From: Synechococcus elongatus PCC 6301
GTDB lineage: Bacteria > Cyanobacteriota > Cyanobacteriia > Synechococcales > Synechococcaceae
Assembly: GCF_000010065.1 (NCBI RefSeq)
Contig: NC_006576.1
Coordinates: 2,664,256 to 2,696,255, forward strand
DNA length: 32,000 nucleotides
Direction: 5' to 3'
Each line of letters begins with the position of its first letter. Position 1 is the stretch's first letter. The position numbers and the translations under genes were made by a program. Below, one piece after another: positions 10,120 through 19,211 of the stretch. The notes below the pieces were generated by a model. That model saw only the letters and a program-made list of their open reading frames with translations. It made no database searches and was not told the origin of the DNA.

Positions 10120-11994
10120 ATGGCGAAGCAGGAACAGCGGTTTGACTACGTCAAGATCGCACTTGCCTCACCGGAGCGTATCCGGCAGTGGGGTGAGCGC
10201 ACGCTGCCCAATGGTCAAGTAGTCGGTGAAGTCACCAAGCCTGAAACCATCAACTATCGGACACTGAAGCCGGAGATGGACGGGCTGTTTTGCGAAAAAA
10301 TCTTTGGTCCTGCGAAGGACTGGGAATGCCACTGCGGTAAGTACAAACGTGTTCAGCACCGCGGCATTGTCTGCGAGCGTTGTGGCGTGGAAGTCACCGA
10401 ACCACGGGTGCGACGGCACCGTATGGGCTTCATTAAACTGGCTGCTCCGGTTGCCCACGTTTGGTACCTCAAAGGCATCCCGAGCTACATCGCGATTCTG
10501 CTCGACATGCCCCTGCGAGACGTTGAGCAAATCGTCTATTTCAACTCCTACGTCGTCCTCAACCCAGACAACCACAGCGAGCTGCAGTACAAGCAGCTAC
10601 TGAACGAAGACCAGTGGATGGAGATCGAGGACCAAATCTACGCTGAGGAATCTGACCTCGAAGGTATTGAGGTTGGCATCGGTGCAGAAGCCCTGCAACA
10701 GTTGCTGCAGGATTTGAACCTCAATGAAGAGTCGGAAAAACTCCGTCAAGAGATTGCTGAGTCGAAGGGCCAAAAACGGGCCAAGTTAATCAAACGCCTG
10801 CGTGTGATTGATAACTTCATTGGCACAGAGTCTCGGCCCGAGTGGATGGTGCTGAATGTCATCCCGGTGATCCCTCCCGATCTCCGCCCGATGGTGCAGT
10901 TGGATGGTGGCCGCTTTGCCACCAGTGACCTCAACGATCTCTACCGTCGGGTGATCAACCGGAATAACCGGTTAGCGCGTCTGCAGGAGATTCTCGCACC
11001 TGAGATTATCGTCCGTAACGAAAAACGGATGTTGCAGGAAGCAGTAGACGCTCTGATCGACAACGGTCGTCGTGGCCGTACGGTCGTCGGTGCCAACAAC
11101 CGACCCCTCAAGTCCCTCTCGGACATCATCGAAGGGAAACAGGGTCGCTTCCGGCAAAACTTGCTGGGTAAACGGGTTGATTACTCCGGTCGGTCGGTCA
11201 TCGTCGTCGGCCCCAACCTGAAAATTCACCAGTGTGGTCTGCCACGGGAAATGGCGATCGAGCTGTTCCAGCCGTTTGTTATCCATCGCCTGATCAAAAA
11301 TCACAGCATCAACAACATCAAGCAGGCCAAAAAACTCATTCAGAAGAACGATCCCTTGATTTGGGATGTCTTGGAAGAGGTGATTGAAGGCCACCCTGTG
11401 ATGCTGAACCGGGCCCCGACGCTGCACCGTTTGGGGATTCAAGCCTTCGAACCGATCTTGGTAGAAGGCCGTGCGATCCAGCTTCATCCCTTGGTCTGTC
11501 CAGCGTTTAACGCTGACTTTGATGGTGACCAAATGGCGGTTCACGTCCCCCTCTCGATTGAAGCCCAGGCTGAAGCTCGTATGCTGATGCTGGCTTCGGG
11601 CAACATTCTGTCGCCGGCAACGGGGCAACCCATTGTCACGCCGTCCCAGGATATGGTCTTGGGCTGCTACTACTTGACCGCCGAGAATCCTGGTGCTCAG
11701 AAAGGGGCTGGACGCTACTTTGCCAACCTCGAAGATGCCATCCGCGCCTTTGAGCAGGGCTCTGTCGATCTTCATGCCTGGGTCTGGGTGCGCTTTGATG
11801 GCGAAGTGGAAAGCGAGGGTGAAAGCGACGAACCGGAGTCGGTGGTCGCAGCCGATGATGGCACGGTCACCAAGACCTATCGTTTCCGCCGAATTCGCGA
11901 GACTGAAGACGGGCAGCGTCTCTCCCAGTACGTGAAAACAGCGCCCGGTCGCATTCTCTTCAACAACACTGTTCAGACTGCGTTGATCCACTAG
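10120..11994 (+). CDS. rpoC1: DNA-directed RNA polymerase subunit gamma (N-terminal half of beta-prime, split form)
   Basis: 624 aa. It contains the zinc-binding CHCGKYK…CERCGV segment and the catalytic [12 protein letters not shown] motif. It ends where bacterial beta-prime would continue, which is the cyanobacterial/plastid split. Confidence 0.97.
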   Translation: MAKQEQRFDYVKIALASPERIRQWGERTLPNGQVVGEVTKPETINYRTLKPEMDGLFCEKIFGPAKDWECHCGKYKRVQHRGIVCERCGVEVTEPRVRRHRMGFIKLAAPVAHVWYLKGIPSYIAILLDMPLRDVEQIVYFNSYVVLNPDNHSELQYKQLLNEDQWMEIEDQIYAEESDLEGIEVGIGAEALQQLLQDLNLNEESEKLRQEIAESKGQKRAKLIKRLRVIDNFIGTESRPEWMVLNVIPVIPPDLRPMVQLDGGRFATSDLNDLYRRVINRNNRLARLQEILAPEIIVRNEKRMLQEAVDALIDNGRRGRTVVGANNRPLKSLSDIIEGKQGRFRQNLLGKRVDYSGRSVIVVGPNLKIHQCGLPREMAIELFQPFVIHRLIKNHSINNIKQAKKLIQKNDPLIWDVLEEVIEGHPVMLNRAPTLHRLGIQAFEPILVEGRAIQLHPLVCPAFNADFDGDQMAVHVPLSIEAQAEARMLMLASGNILSPATGQPIVTPSQDMVLGCYYLTAENPGAQKGAGRYFANLEDAIRAFEQGSVDLHAWVWVRFDGEVESEGESDEPESVVAADDGTVTKTYRFRRIRETEDGQRLSQYVKTAPGRILFNNTVQTALIH

Positions 11995-12063
11995 CGTTGA
12001 GCGGCCTGCCGCCAGGTCGCTGAAGTTTCAAGTTGTCTTGTCCCCGAGCACTACGAAAGAACA

Positions 12064-15000
12064 ATGGCAGAAACGAAAAGCGCGCCGATTTTCCGCAACC
12101 GGGTCATCGATAAGAAGCAGCTGAAGAAGCTGATTGGCTGGACCTTTGCTCACTATGGGACAGCAAAAACAGCCGTAGTTGCCGACGATCTCAAAGCCCT
12201 GGGATTCCGTTACGCCACCCGTGCTGGGGTTTCAATCAGTATTGATGACCTCAAGGTGCCGGGTTCTAAGGCGGAGCTGCTAGAGTCTGCTGAAAAGCGG
12301 ATTCAAGAGACTGAAGATCGCTACACCCGTGGAGAAATCACCGAGGTGGAGCGCTTCCAGAAGGTGATCGACACCTGGGCGAACACCAACGATGAGCTGA
12401 CCGATCGCGTGGTCAAAAACTTCCGCGAGTCCGATCCGCTCAACTCCGTCTACATGATGGCGTTCTCGGGTGCCCGGGGGAATATCTCCCAGGTGCGACA
12501 GCTGGTGGGGATGCGGGGTCTGATGGCCAACCCCCAAGGCGAGATTATTGACTTGCCGATTAAGACCAACTTCCGGGAAGGTTTGACCGTTACGGAGTAC
12601 ATCATCTCCTCCTACGGGGCGCGTAAGGGCCTGGTTGATACGGCTCTGCGGACGGCGGACTCGGGTTACTTGACCCGTCGTCTGGTGGACGTTTCGCAGG
12701 ACGTGATCATTCACGAAGTGGACTGCGGAACCAGCCGGGGCCTATTTGTGGAAGCGATGACCGATGGCGATCGCATTTTGATTCCGATTTCGCAGCGCTT
12801 GTTGGGTCGGGTTACGGCTGAGGCCGTGCTAGATCCCAGTACGGATGAAGTGCTGGCTGAAGCAGGCCAAGACATCAATGAAGATCTGGCCAATCGAATT
12901 GAGAAAGCAGGCATCAAAAAGGTGAAGGTGCGATCGCCCCTGACCTGCGAAGCCGCACGATCGGTTTGCCAAAAGTGCTACGGCTGGAGCCTTGCCCACG
13001 CCCAGATGGTGGACATGGGTGAAGCTGTCGGGATCATCGCAGCCCAGTCGATCGGTGAGCCGGGGACCCAGCTGACCATGCGGACCTTCCACACGGGTGG
13101 GGTATTTACGGGGGAAACTGCCCGTCTGCTGCGGGCACCTGTAGCGGGCACGATTAAGCTCGGCAAAAAAGCCCGGACTCGTCCCTACCGGACCCGCCAC
13201 GGCGAGGAAGCGCTGCTGGCAGAGGCAAACTTTGACCTCGTGCTGGAAGGGAAAGGTCGGAAGGAAACCTTCGCAATTCTGCAAGGTTCGACGATTTTTG
13301 TGCAGGACGGCGATAAAGTCGCAGCCGAAGCAATCTTGGCCGAGGTGCCAGTCAGCGGTCGTACCAAGCGCACCGTAGAAAAAGCCACCAAGGACGTGGC
13401 GACTGATTTGGCGGGTGAAATTCGCTTCCAAGACATCGTTCCGGAAGAGAAAACCGATCGCCAAGGCAACACTACCCGTATTGCTCAGCGGGGTGGTCTG
13501 CTTTGGGTCTTGGCTGGCGATGTCTACAACTTGCTGCCGGGTGCTGAGCCGACCGTCAAAAACGGCGATCGCGTAGAGGTGGGAGATGTCTTGGCTGAAA
13601 CCAAGCTGACCACTGAGCGCGGCGGTACCGTGCGCATGGGTGAGGACAACGGGAGCAGTACCCACCGGGAAGTCGAAATCATCACGGCGTCAGTGGTACT
13701 AGATACCGCAACGGTGAAAGCCGAGGCGAGCCAAGGCCGTGAGCACTACGTGATTGAGACCAAGGGTGGCCAGCGGTTTAACTTGTTGGCAGCACCGGGA
13801 ACTAAGGTCACGACTGGCCACGTGGTGGCTGAGCTAATCGACAGCCGCTACCGGACTCAAACCGGTGGTCTGCTCAAATACTCCGGCGTGGAAATCTCCA
13901 AAAAAGGCCGGGCTAAGGCGAAACAGGGCTACGAGGTGACCAAGGGCGGCACCCTGCTCTGGATTCCCGAAGAGACCCACGAGGTCAACAAGGACATCTC
14001 CTTGCTGAACGTCGAAGACGGTCAGTTGGTGGAAGCTGGCACGGAAGTCGTCAAAGACATCTTTTGCCAGACGACTGGGATTGTTTCGGTCACCCAGAAC
14101 AACGACATTCTGCGGGAAATCGTGATCAAGCCTGGAGATGTCCACGTGTTGGATGACCCAGACACGGCGGCGAAGTACGACGAAGGTCGCTTGGTTAACG
14201 CCGGCGAAGAAGTCTTCCCAGGTTTGACGGCCGAACAACTGGTCTGGGCAGAAGCCGTTGATGGTACGGACGGCCCGCTCCTCTTGCTGCGACCGGTGCA
14301 AGAGCTAGTCATTCCTGATGAGCCGCCAGTACCGAGCCAAGACTCCTCGCAAGAGTCAAGCAGCCGTTCGATTCGCCTGCGTGCGGTCCAACGTCTGCAG
14401 TTCCAAGATGGTGAACGGATCAAGTCCGTTGAGGGAGTAGATCTCCTGCGGACCCAGTTAGTGCTGGAGTCTGAAGAAGGTTCCTCCCAGCTCTCGGCTG
14501 ACATTGAACTGCTGCCGGACAGCAAGGATCCTGAAACGCTGCGCCTGCAGTTAGTAATCATTGAGCCTGTGGTGACTCGTCGCGACGTCGCTTCTGACAC
14601 CACCCACGGCAGTACGCACACCGAGTTGCGCGTTAAAGATGGCCAAAAGGTGAAGCCGGGCGCCGTCATTGCTTGCACGCAAATTCAGTGCAAGGAAGCC
14701 GGTGTGGTTCGCGGCATTCAAGAGGGCAGCGAAGCGGTTCGTCGCCTCTTGGTCGAGCGGGAACGGGACTGCGTCACCCTTGACCTCGATGTCACTGCGG
14801 CAACGCAACTCCAGCCTGGCTCGCTGATTGTGGCGGGTACCCAGTTGGTAGATGGCATCATCGCACCGGAATCCGGTGAGGCTCGTGCGATCGCACCGGG
14901 GCAACTGCAACTGCGGATTGCTCGTCCCTACCGTGTGTCGCAGGGTGCAGTCCTGCACGTTGAAGATAAAGGTCTGGTGCAGCGGGGTGACAACTTAGTG

Positions 15001-16020
15001 CTGCTCGTGTTTGAACGAGCGAAAACTGGGGACATCATTCAGGGTCTACCGCGGATTGAGGAGCTCCTCGAGGCTCGTAAACCCAAGGAAGCCTGCATTT
15101 TGGCCCGCCGTCCGGGTGTGGCGCACATCAACTACAGCGATGACGATGCAATCGACATCCAAGTGATTGAAGCAGACGGTACCCAAGCTGATTATCCAGT
15201 TGGTCCTGGTCAGCCGCTGATCATCAGTGACGGTGAAACCGTGGATGCAGGGCAAGCCCTGACGGATGGGCCAGCAAACCCCCATGACTTGCTAGAAATC
15301 TACTACGACTACTTCCGCGAGCAGTTGGGCGAAGACTACGAAGCAGCGCTAGAGAGCCTGCGTCGGGTGCAAGCTCTGCTGGTGAACGAGGTGCAGTCGG
15401 TCTATCAATCCCAAGGGATTGATATCTCCGACAAACACATCGAGGTGATCGTGCGGCAGATGACTTCTAAGGTGCGGATCGACGATGGCGGCGACACGAT
15501 CATGCTGCCGGGCGAATTGCACGAACTGCGAGAGGTCTACAACTCCAACAACACCATGGCTTTGACGGGCATGGCCCCGGCTCAGTTCACACCGGTTCTG
15601 TTGGGGATTACCAAGGCCTCACTCAACACCAACAGCTTCATCTCGGCAGCGAGCTTCCAAGAGACGACACGGGTGCTCACGGAAGCGGCAATCGAAGGCA
15701 AGTCCGATTGGCTGCGCGGTCTCAAAGAGAACGTGATTATCGGTCGTCTGATTCCGGCAGGGACTGGTTTCAAGGCCTACGAAGAGTCCTTGCTGACCGA
15801 CGTTGATGGTGGCTACGAAGATCGGGTCTACGACGACGATTTGGCCGATGTGGTGATCGATGATCGCGCCGCTCGCAGCTACACCCTCAATGAAGGTCGC
15901 GACTTCAGTCGTTCGATGACCTTTGCCGAAGGCGAATCGATGATTCTCGACGACGGTGAAGAGTTGATCGATGACAGCAGTGCCAGCCTCCGCAACCTGG
16001 TGGATGTTGACGAAGACTAG
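12064..16020 (+). CDS. rpoC2: DNA-directed RNA polymerase subunit beta-prime (C-terminal half, with a large trigger-loop insertion)
   Basis: 1318 aa. It contains a bridge-helix region ([25 protein letters not shown]) and trigger-loop flanks [13 protein letters not shown] (13078-13116) and [19 protein letters not shown] (from 15028). About 1.9 kb of lineage-specific insertion separates the two flanks. Confidence 0.97.
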   Translation: MAETKSAPIFRNRVIDKKQLKKLIGWTFAHYGTAKTAVVADDLKALGFRYATRAGVSISIDDLKVPGSKAELLESAEKRIQETEDRYTRGEITEVERFQKVIDTWANTNDELTDRVVKNFRESDPLNSVYMMAFSGARGNISQVRQLVGMRGLMANPQGEIIDLPIKTNFREGLTVTEYIISSYGARKGLVDTALRTADSGYLTRRLVDVSQDVIIHEVDCGTSRGLFVEAMTDGDRILIPISQRLLGRVTAEAVLDPSTDEVLAEAGQDINEDLANRIEKAGIKKVKVRSPLTCEAARSVCQKCYGWSLAHAQMVDMGEAVGIIAAQSIGEPGTQLTMRTFHTGGVFTGETARLLRAPVAGTIKLGKKARTRPYRTRHGEEALLAEANFDLVLEGKGRKETFAILQGSTIFVQDGDKVAAEAILAEVPVSGRTKRTVEKATKDVATDLAGEIRFQDIVPEEKTDRQGNTTRIAQRGGLLWVLAGDVYNLLPGAEPTVKNGDRVEVGDVLAETKLTTERGGTVRMGEDNGSSTHREVEIITASVVLDTATVKAEASQGREHYVIETKGGQRFNLLAAPGTKVTTGHVVAELIDSRYRTQTGGLLKYSGVEISKKGRAKAKQGYEVTKGGTLLWIPEETHEVNKDISLLNVEDGQLVEAGTEVVKDIFCQTTGIVSVTQNNDILREIVIKPGDVHVLDDPDTAAKYDEGRLVNAGEEVFPGLTAEQLVWAEAVDGTDGPLLLLRPVQELVIPDEPPVPSQDSSQESSSRSIRLRAVQRLQFQDGERIKSVEGVDLLRTQLVLESEEGSSQLSADIELLPDSKDPETLRLQLVIIEPVVTRRDVASDTTHGSTHTELRVKDGQKVKPGAVIACTQIQCKEAGVVRGIQEGSEAVRRLLVERERDCVTLDLDVTAATQLQPGSLIVAGTQLVDGIIAPESGEARAIAPGQLQLRIARPYRVSQGAVLHVEDKGLVQRGDNLVLLVFERAKTGDIIQGLPRIEELLEARKPKEACILARRPGVAHINYSDDDAIDIQVIEADGTQADYPVGPGQPLIISDGETVDAGQALTDGPANPHDLLEIYYDYFREQLGEDYEAALESLRRVQALLVNEVQSVYQSQGIDISDKHIEVIVRQMTSKVRIDDGGDTIMLPGELHELREVYNSNNTMALTGMAPAQFTPVLLGITKASLNTNSFISAASFQETTRVLTEAAIEGKSDWLRGLKENVIIGRLIPAGTGFKAYEESLLTDVDGGYEDRVYDDDLADVVIDDRAARSYTLNEGRDFSRSMTFAEGESMILDDGEELIDDSSASLRNLVDVDED

Positions 16021-16051
16021 GTGCTTTCTGCCGGTGCGGTGATTTGAAGCT

Positions 16052-16077
16052 AAAGGGGAGCGATCGCTCCCCTTTTT
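16052..16077 (+). terminator. Intrinsic terminator downstream of rpoC2
   Basis: The sequence is AAAGGGGAGCGATCGCTCCCCTTTTT. It forms a perfect GC-rich stem (GGGGAGC/GCTCCCC) around a GATC centre and is followed by a T5 run. It lies 32 nt after the rpoC2 stop. The A-run and T-run flanks would let it act in both directions. Confidence 0.8.
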
Positions 16078-16376
16078 ATTGGTATGAACAGCTTGTAATT
16101 CAATTAGGACAATCTTGAATTGGGTTCTCTAAGTCAAAAATTAAGTTCTTGCCTAGTTTCAACTAATGAGTGTTGACTGGGGGTTAGGCCTTGCCCAGTT
16201 ACGGGGAGTCTGTCCTAACTATCCTGTCATAAGCGATCGCTCTGATCGATCTAGGGCAGCGTCCTATCCCCAAGGGATCCAATCGCCAGTAAAATAGTTA
16301 GAAAAATACACAACTCAAGCTTTCTTTGCTCTCTCAGCCCTGCTCAGCTTGAGGGTCCCTACGTTCACGGACTCCT

Positions 16377-18169
16377 ATGTCGCTCCCCATTCGCAACGTC
16401 GCGATCATTGCCCACGTTGACCACGGCAAAACAACCTTGGTTGACGCCTTGCTCAAACAATCTGGCATTTTCCGTGAGGGCGAAGACGTTCCGGATTGCG
16501 TCATGGACTCCAATGATTTGGAGCGGGAACGGGGCATTACCATTCTTTCTAAAAATACAGCGGTCAAATACAAGGACACGCTGATCAATATTGTCGATAC
16601 GCCCGGTCACGCGGACTTCGGTGGTGAAGTCGAGCGGGTTCTCGGCATGGTGGATGGCTGCATCCTGATTGTGGATGCCAACGAAGGCCCGATGCCCCAA
16701 ACGCGATTTGTGCTGAAAAAAGCGTTGGAAAAAGGGCTGCGGCCGATCGTTGTTGTGAACAAAATCGATCGCCCTCGCGCTGAGCCGATGGTTGCTGTCG
16801 ATAAGGTTCTCGATCTGTTCCTCGAACTCGGCGCCGACGATGACCAGTGCGAATTTCCCTACCTCTTTGCTTCGGGCTTGAGCGGTTTTGCGAAAGAGTC
16901 TTTGGAAGATGAAAGCAAGGACATGCAACCGCTGTTCGATGCAATTTTGCGCCATGTTCCACCCCCGATTGGGGATGTGAGCAAGCCCTTGCAGCTGCAG
17001 GTGACGACCCTCGATTATTCAGACTTCTTGGGTCGGATTGTGATCGGTAAGATCCACAACGGCACGATCAACATGGGTCAGCCGACTGCTCTGCTCAAGG
17101 AAGATGGCAGCGTGGTGCGGGGTAAAGTGACCAAGCTGCTGGGCTTTGAGGGCCTGAAGCGGATTGAAATTGAGCAAGCGACCGCCGGCATGATTGTGGC
17201 CGTCGCGGGCTTTGCTGATGCCAACATTGGTGAAACCCTGGCTTGTCCCAACGAACCTTTGGCGCTGCCGCTGATCAAGGTTGACGAGCCAACCCTGCAG
17301 ATGACCTTCTGCGTCAATGACTCACCTTTTGCTGGCAAAGAAGGCAAGTTTGTCACCAGCCGCCAAGTCCGCGATCGCCTGTTGCGTGAGCTGGAAACCA
17401 ACGTGGCCCTGCGGGTCGAAGAAACCGATTCTCCCGATCGCTTCATGGTCTCGGGGCGGGGTGAACTACACTCGGCATTCTGATCGAAACGATGCGTCGC
17501 GAAGGTTATGAGTTCCAAGTGTCGCAGCCGCAGGTGATCTTCCGGGAAGTCAATGGTCAGCCGGGCGAACCGTTTGAAACGCTCGTGATGGATGTGCCCG
17601 ACGATGCGGTCGGCAGCGTGATCGAGCGCTTGGGCACCCGCAAAGCGGAAATGCAAAACATGGAAGCTGTCGGTAATGGCCGTACGATTCTGGAGTTTGT
17701 GATTCCGGCGCGCGGTCTGATTGGCTTCCGGGGCGACTTTATCCGCCTCACCCGTGGCGAAGGGATCATGAACCACTCCTTCTTGGAGTACCGTCCTTTC
17801 TGTGGCGATCTGGAAATGCGCCGCAACGGTGTGCTGATTGCCTTTGAAGAGGGGACAGCGACTTTCTACGCCCTCAAGAACGCCGAAGATCGCGATGCTT
17901 TCTTCATTGAACCGGGCACCAAGGTCTATAAGGGCATGATTGTTGGCGAGCATAACCGGCCCCAAGATTTGGAGCTGAACGTTTGCAAAACCAAGGCACT
18001 GACCAACCACCGCTCGGCTACAGGCGATGAACTGGTACAGCTGCAAACGCCAATTCAAATGACCTTGGAACGGGCGCTGGAGTACATCGGTTCCGATGAA
18101 CTGCTGGAAGTGACGCCCGAGTCGATCCGTCTGCGGAAGCTACTGGCGAAGAAACTCGCTAAGCGTTAG
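16377..18169 (+). pseudogene. typA: Translational GTPase TypA/BipA, split into two ORFs (16377-17483 and 17492-18169) by an apparent 1-nt deletion
   Basis: ORF1 has G1 AHVDHGKTT and G3 [11 protein letters not shown] and ends ...VSGRGELHSAF*. The -1 frame reads LGILIETMRREGYEFQVSQPQVIF... from 17471. The conserved BipA motif GRGELHLxxLIExMRREG is restored if CAC-TCG (17469-17474) is read as CAC-CTC, meaning one C is missing. Confidence 0.85.
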
Positions 18170-18198
18170 GGCCTCATCCCCTCTAGATTGACTTGTAA

Positions 18199-18241
18199 GG
18201 GAGCTAGTCGCCGATTATTGTCGGAACTGGCTCCTTTTTTT
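18199..18241 (+). terminator. Probable intrinsic terminator downstream of typA
   Basis: GGGAGCTAGT (18199-18208) pairs with ACTGGCTCC (18226-18234) with one mismatch, followed by T7 (18235-18241). The site lies 30 nt after the typA stop. Confidence 0.65.
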
Positions 18242-18255
18242 GGGTCTGGAACCTC

Positions 18256-19047
18256 ATGGCGGCTATTATCCTCGCTGCAATAACTGCGATCGCGGCGATC
18301 GTGCTCTATTTCGTGCGCCGTCATTACCGGTTCAAGCTGCAGAGCCTGCTATTGGCCCAGCCCGCGACCAGTCTGCAGCTCAAGGAAATTGCTGAGCATG
18401 TAGCTGGTGAAATTGGAGGAGGAAATCTGCGCCAGTACGTCAAAATGTGGGGCGCGATCGAGGTAGAGCAGCCCTTAGTTTCTGAATTAAAACAAGAGTC
18501 CTGCGTCTACTACTGCTCCACTGTCAGCCGCGAATATGAAGAGCGCGTTCGCAAGGAGGATAGTGAGGGCAAGGTGACTTGGACGACGGAACGCCGCTCG
18601 GAAACGATCAGCCAGAACCGTCGCAGCACGCCTTTTTACCTGCGCGATCAGCATGGACGGGTGCGGGTTGAGCCGGAGTCGGCTGCGATCGCAACGATTC
18701 CTGTCTTAGATGAGTTTCGCCCAGACAGCTCGGCTAGCAGCTTAATTTTTGGGGCCTTCTCCCTCAGCCTGTCGACCACCGCTGGTTTGGGTAAAACCTT
18801 GGGCTATCGCTACCGTGAGGAGATTTTGCCCTGCGATCGCTCGGTGCTTGTTGTCGGTGCTGCCAGTGATGAAACGGGTGAATTGACCCTCGGACCGAGC
18901 AGCGAAGCGCGGCAGCAGTTTTTCATTGCGCTGAAGCCTGAGACGGCTTTATTACAAGAGGTCAAACAAACCATCCAATGGCTGACGATTGGGGCGATCG
19001 CGAGTGTTGTTGTGACGGTGGTCGCTGCGATCGCGGCGCTGCTCTAG
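18256..19047 (+). CDS. Two-pass membrane protein with a GIDE-like (MUL1 E3-ligase family) central domain and no RING
   Basis: 263 aa. It has an N-terminal TM segment (AAIILAAITAIAAIVLYFV) and a C-terminal TM segment (WLTIGAIASVVVTVVAAIAALL) flanking a soluble beta-rich domain (…CVYYCSTVSREYEERV…TWTTERR…). The architecture resembles bacterial GIDE-domain proteins. The family assignment is from memory and is tentative. Confidence 0.55.
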   Translation: MAAIILAAITAIAAIVLYFVRRHYRFKLQSLLLAQPATSLQLKEIAEHVAGEIGGGNLRQYVKMWGAIEVEQPLVSELKQESCVYYCSTVSREYEERVRKEDSEGKVTWTTERRSETISQNRRSTPFYLRDQHGRVRVEPESAAIATIPVLDEFRPDSSASSLIFGAFSLSLSTTAGLGKTLGYRYREEILPCDRSVLVVGAASDETGELTLGPSSEARQQFFIALKPETALLQEVKQTIQWLTIGAIASVVVTVVAAIAALL

Positions 19048-19211
19048 TCACTCGAATTGCAACAGCCTTGGGATCAGGGGATCAGTCTGGCTCTGGCGGT
19101 TTGAGACTGTCACGTTCCTCAATCCTATTGCTTGGCAAACGCTAAGCTGGCAGTCCCTGATCTTTGGGAATCAGCGGTGAGAATGGTGGCACAGCTCTCG
19201 TGGGTTGGCGG

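Noticed and set aside
10972-11991. Long antisense or alternative-frame ORFs inside highly conserved genes. Examples are 10972-11991(-) 339 aa in rpoC1, 12829-13665(-) 278 aa and 14022-14678(-) 218 aa in rpoC2, 17078-18058(-) 326 aa and 16365-16955(-) in typA, 2454-3122(+) in the helicase, and 28892-29545(-) in the amidotransferase.
   Set aside because: These are shadow ORFs expected in GC-rich coding sequence. They have no recognisable motifs, and the sense-strand genes are unambiguous.
17466-17483. Programmed -1 ribosomal frameshifting as the explanation for the typA split.
   Set aside because: The site (CTA CAC TCG GCA) is not a slippery X-XXY-YYZ heptamer, and I see no stimulatory hairpin immediately downstream. 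A 1-nt deletion or a sequencing error is more parsimonious. It stays flagged as a finding because only resequencing can decide.
19164-19211. Upstream alternative starts offered by the track for several genes: 19164 (TTG), 25211, 28429, 28865, 22247, 23689 (TTG), 5283.
   Set aside because: In each case a downstream ATG coincides with the conserved N-terminus of the family, or removes an implausible overlap with a neighbouring gene. Coordinates in the feature list use the shorter forms. The longer forms remain possible.
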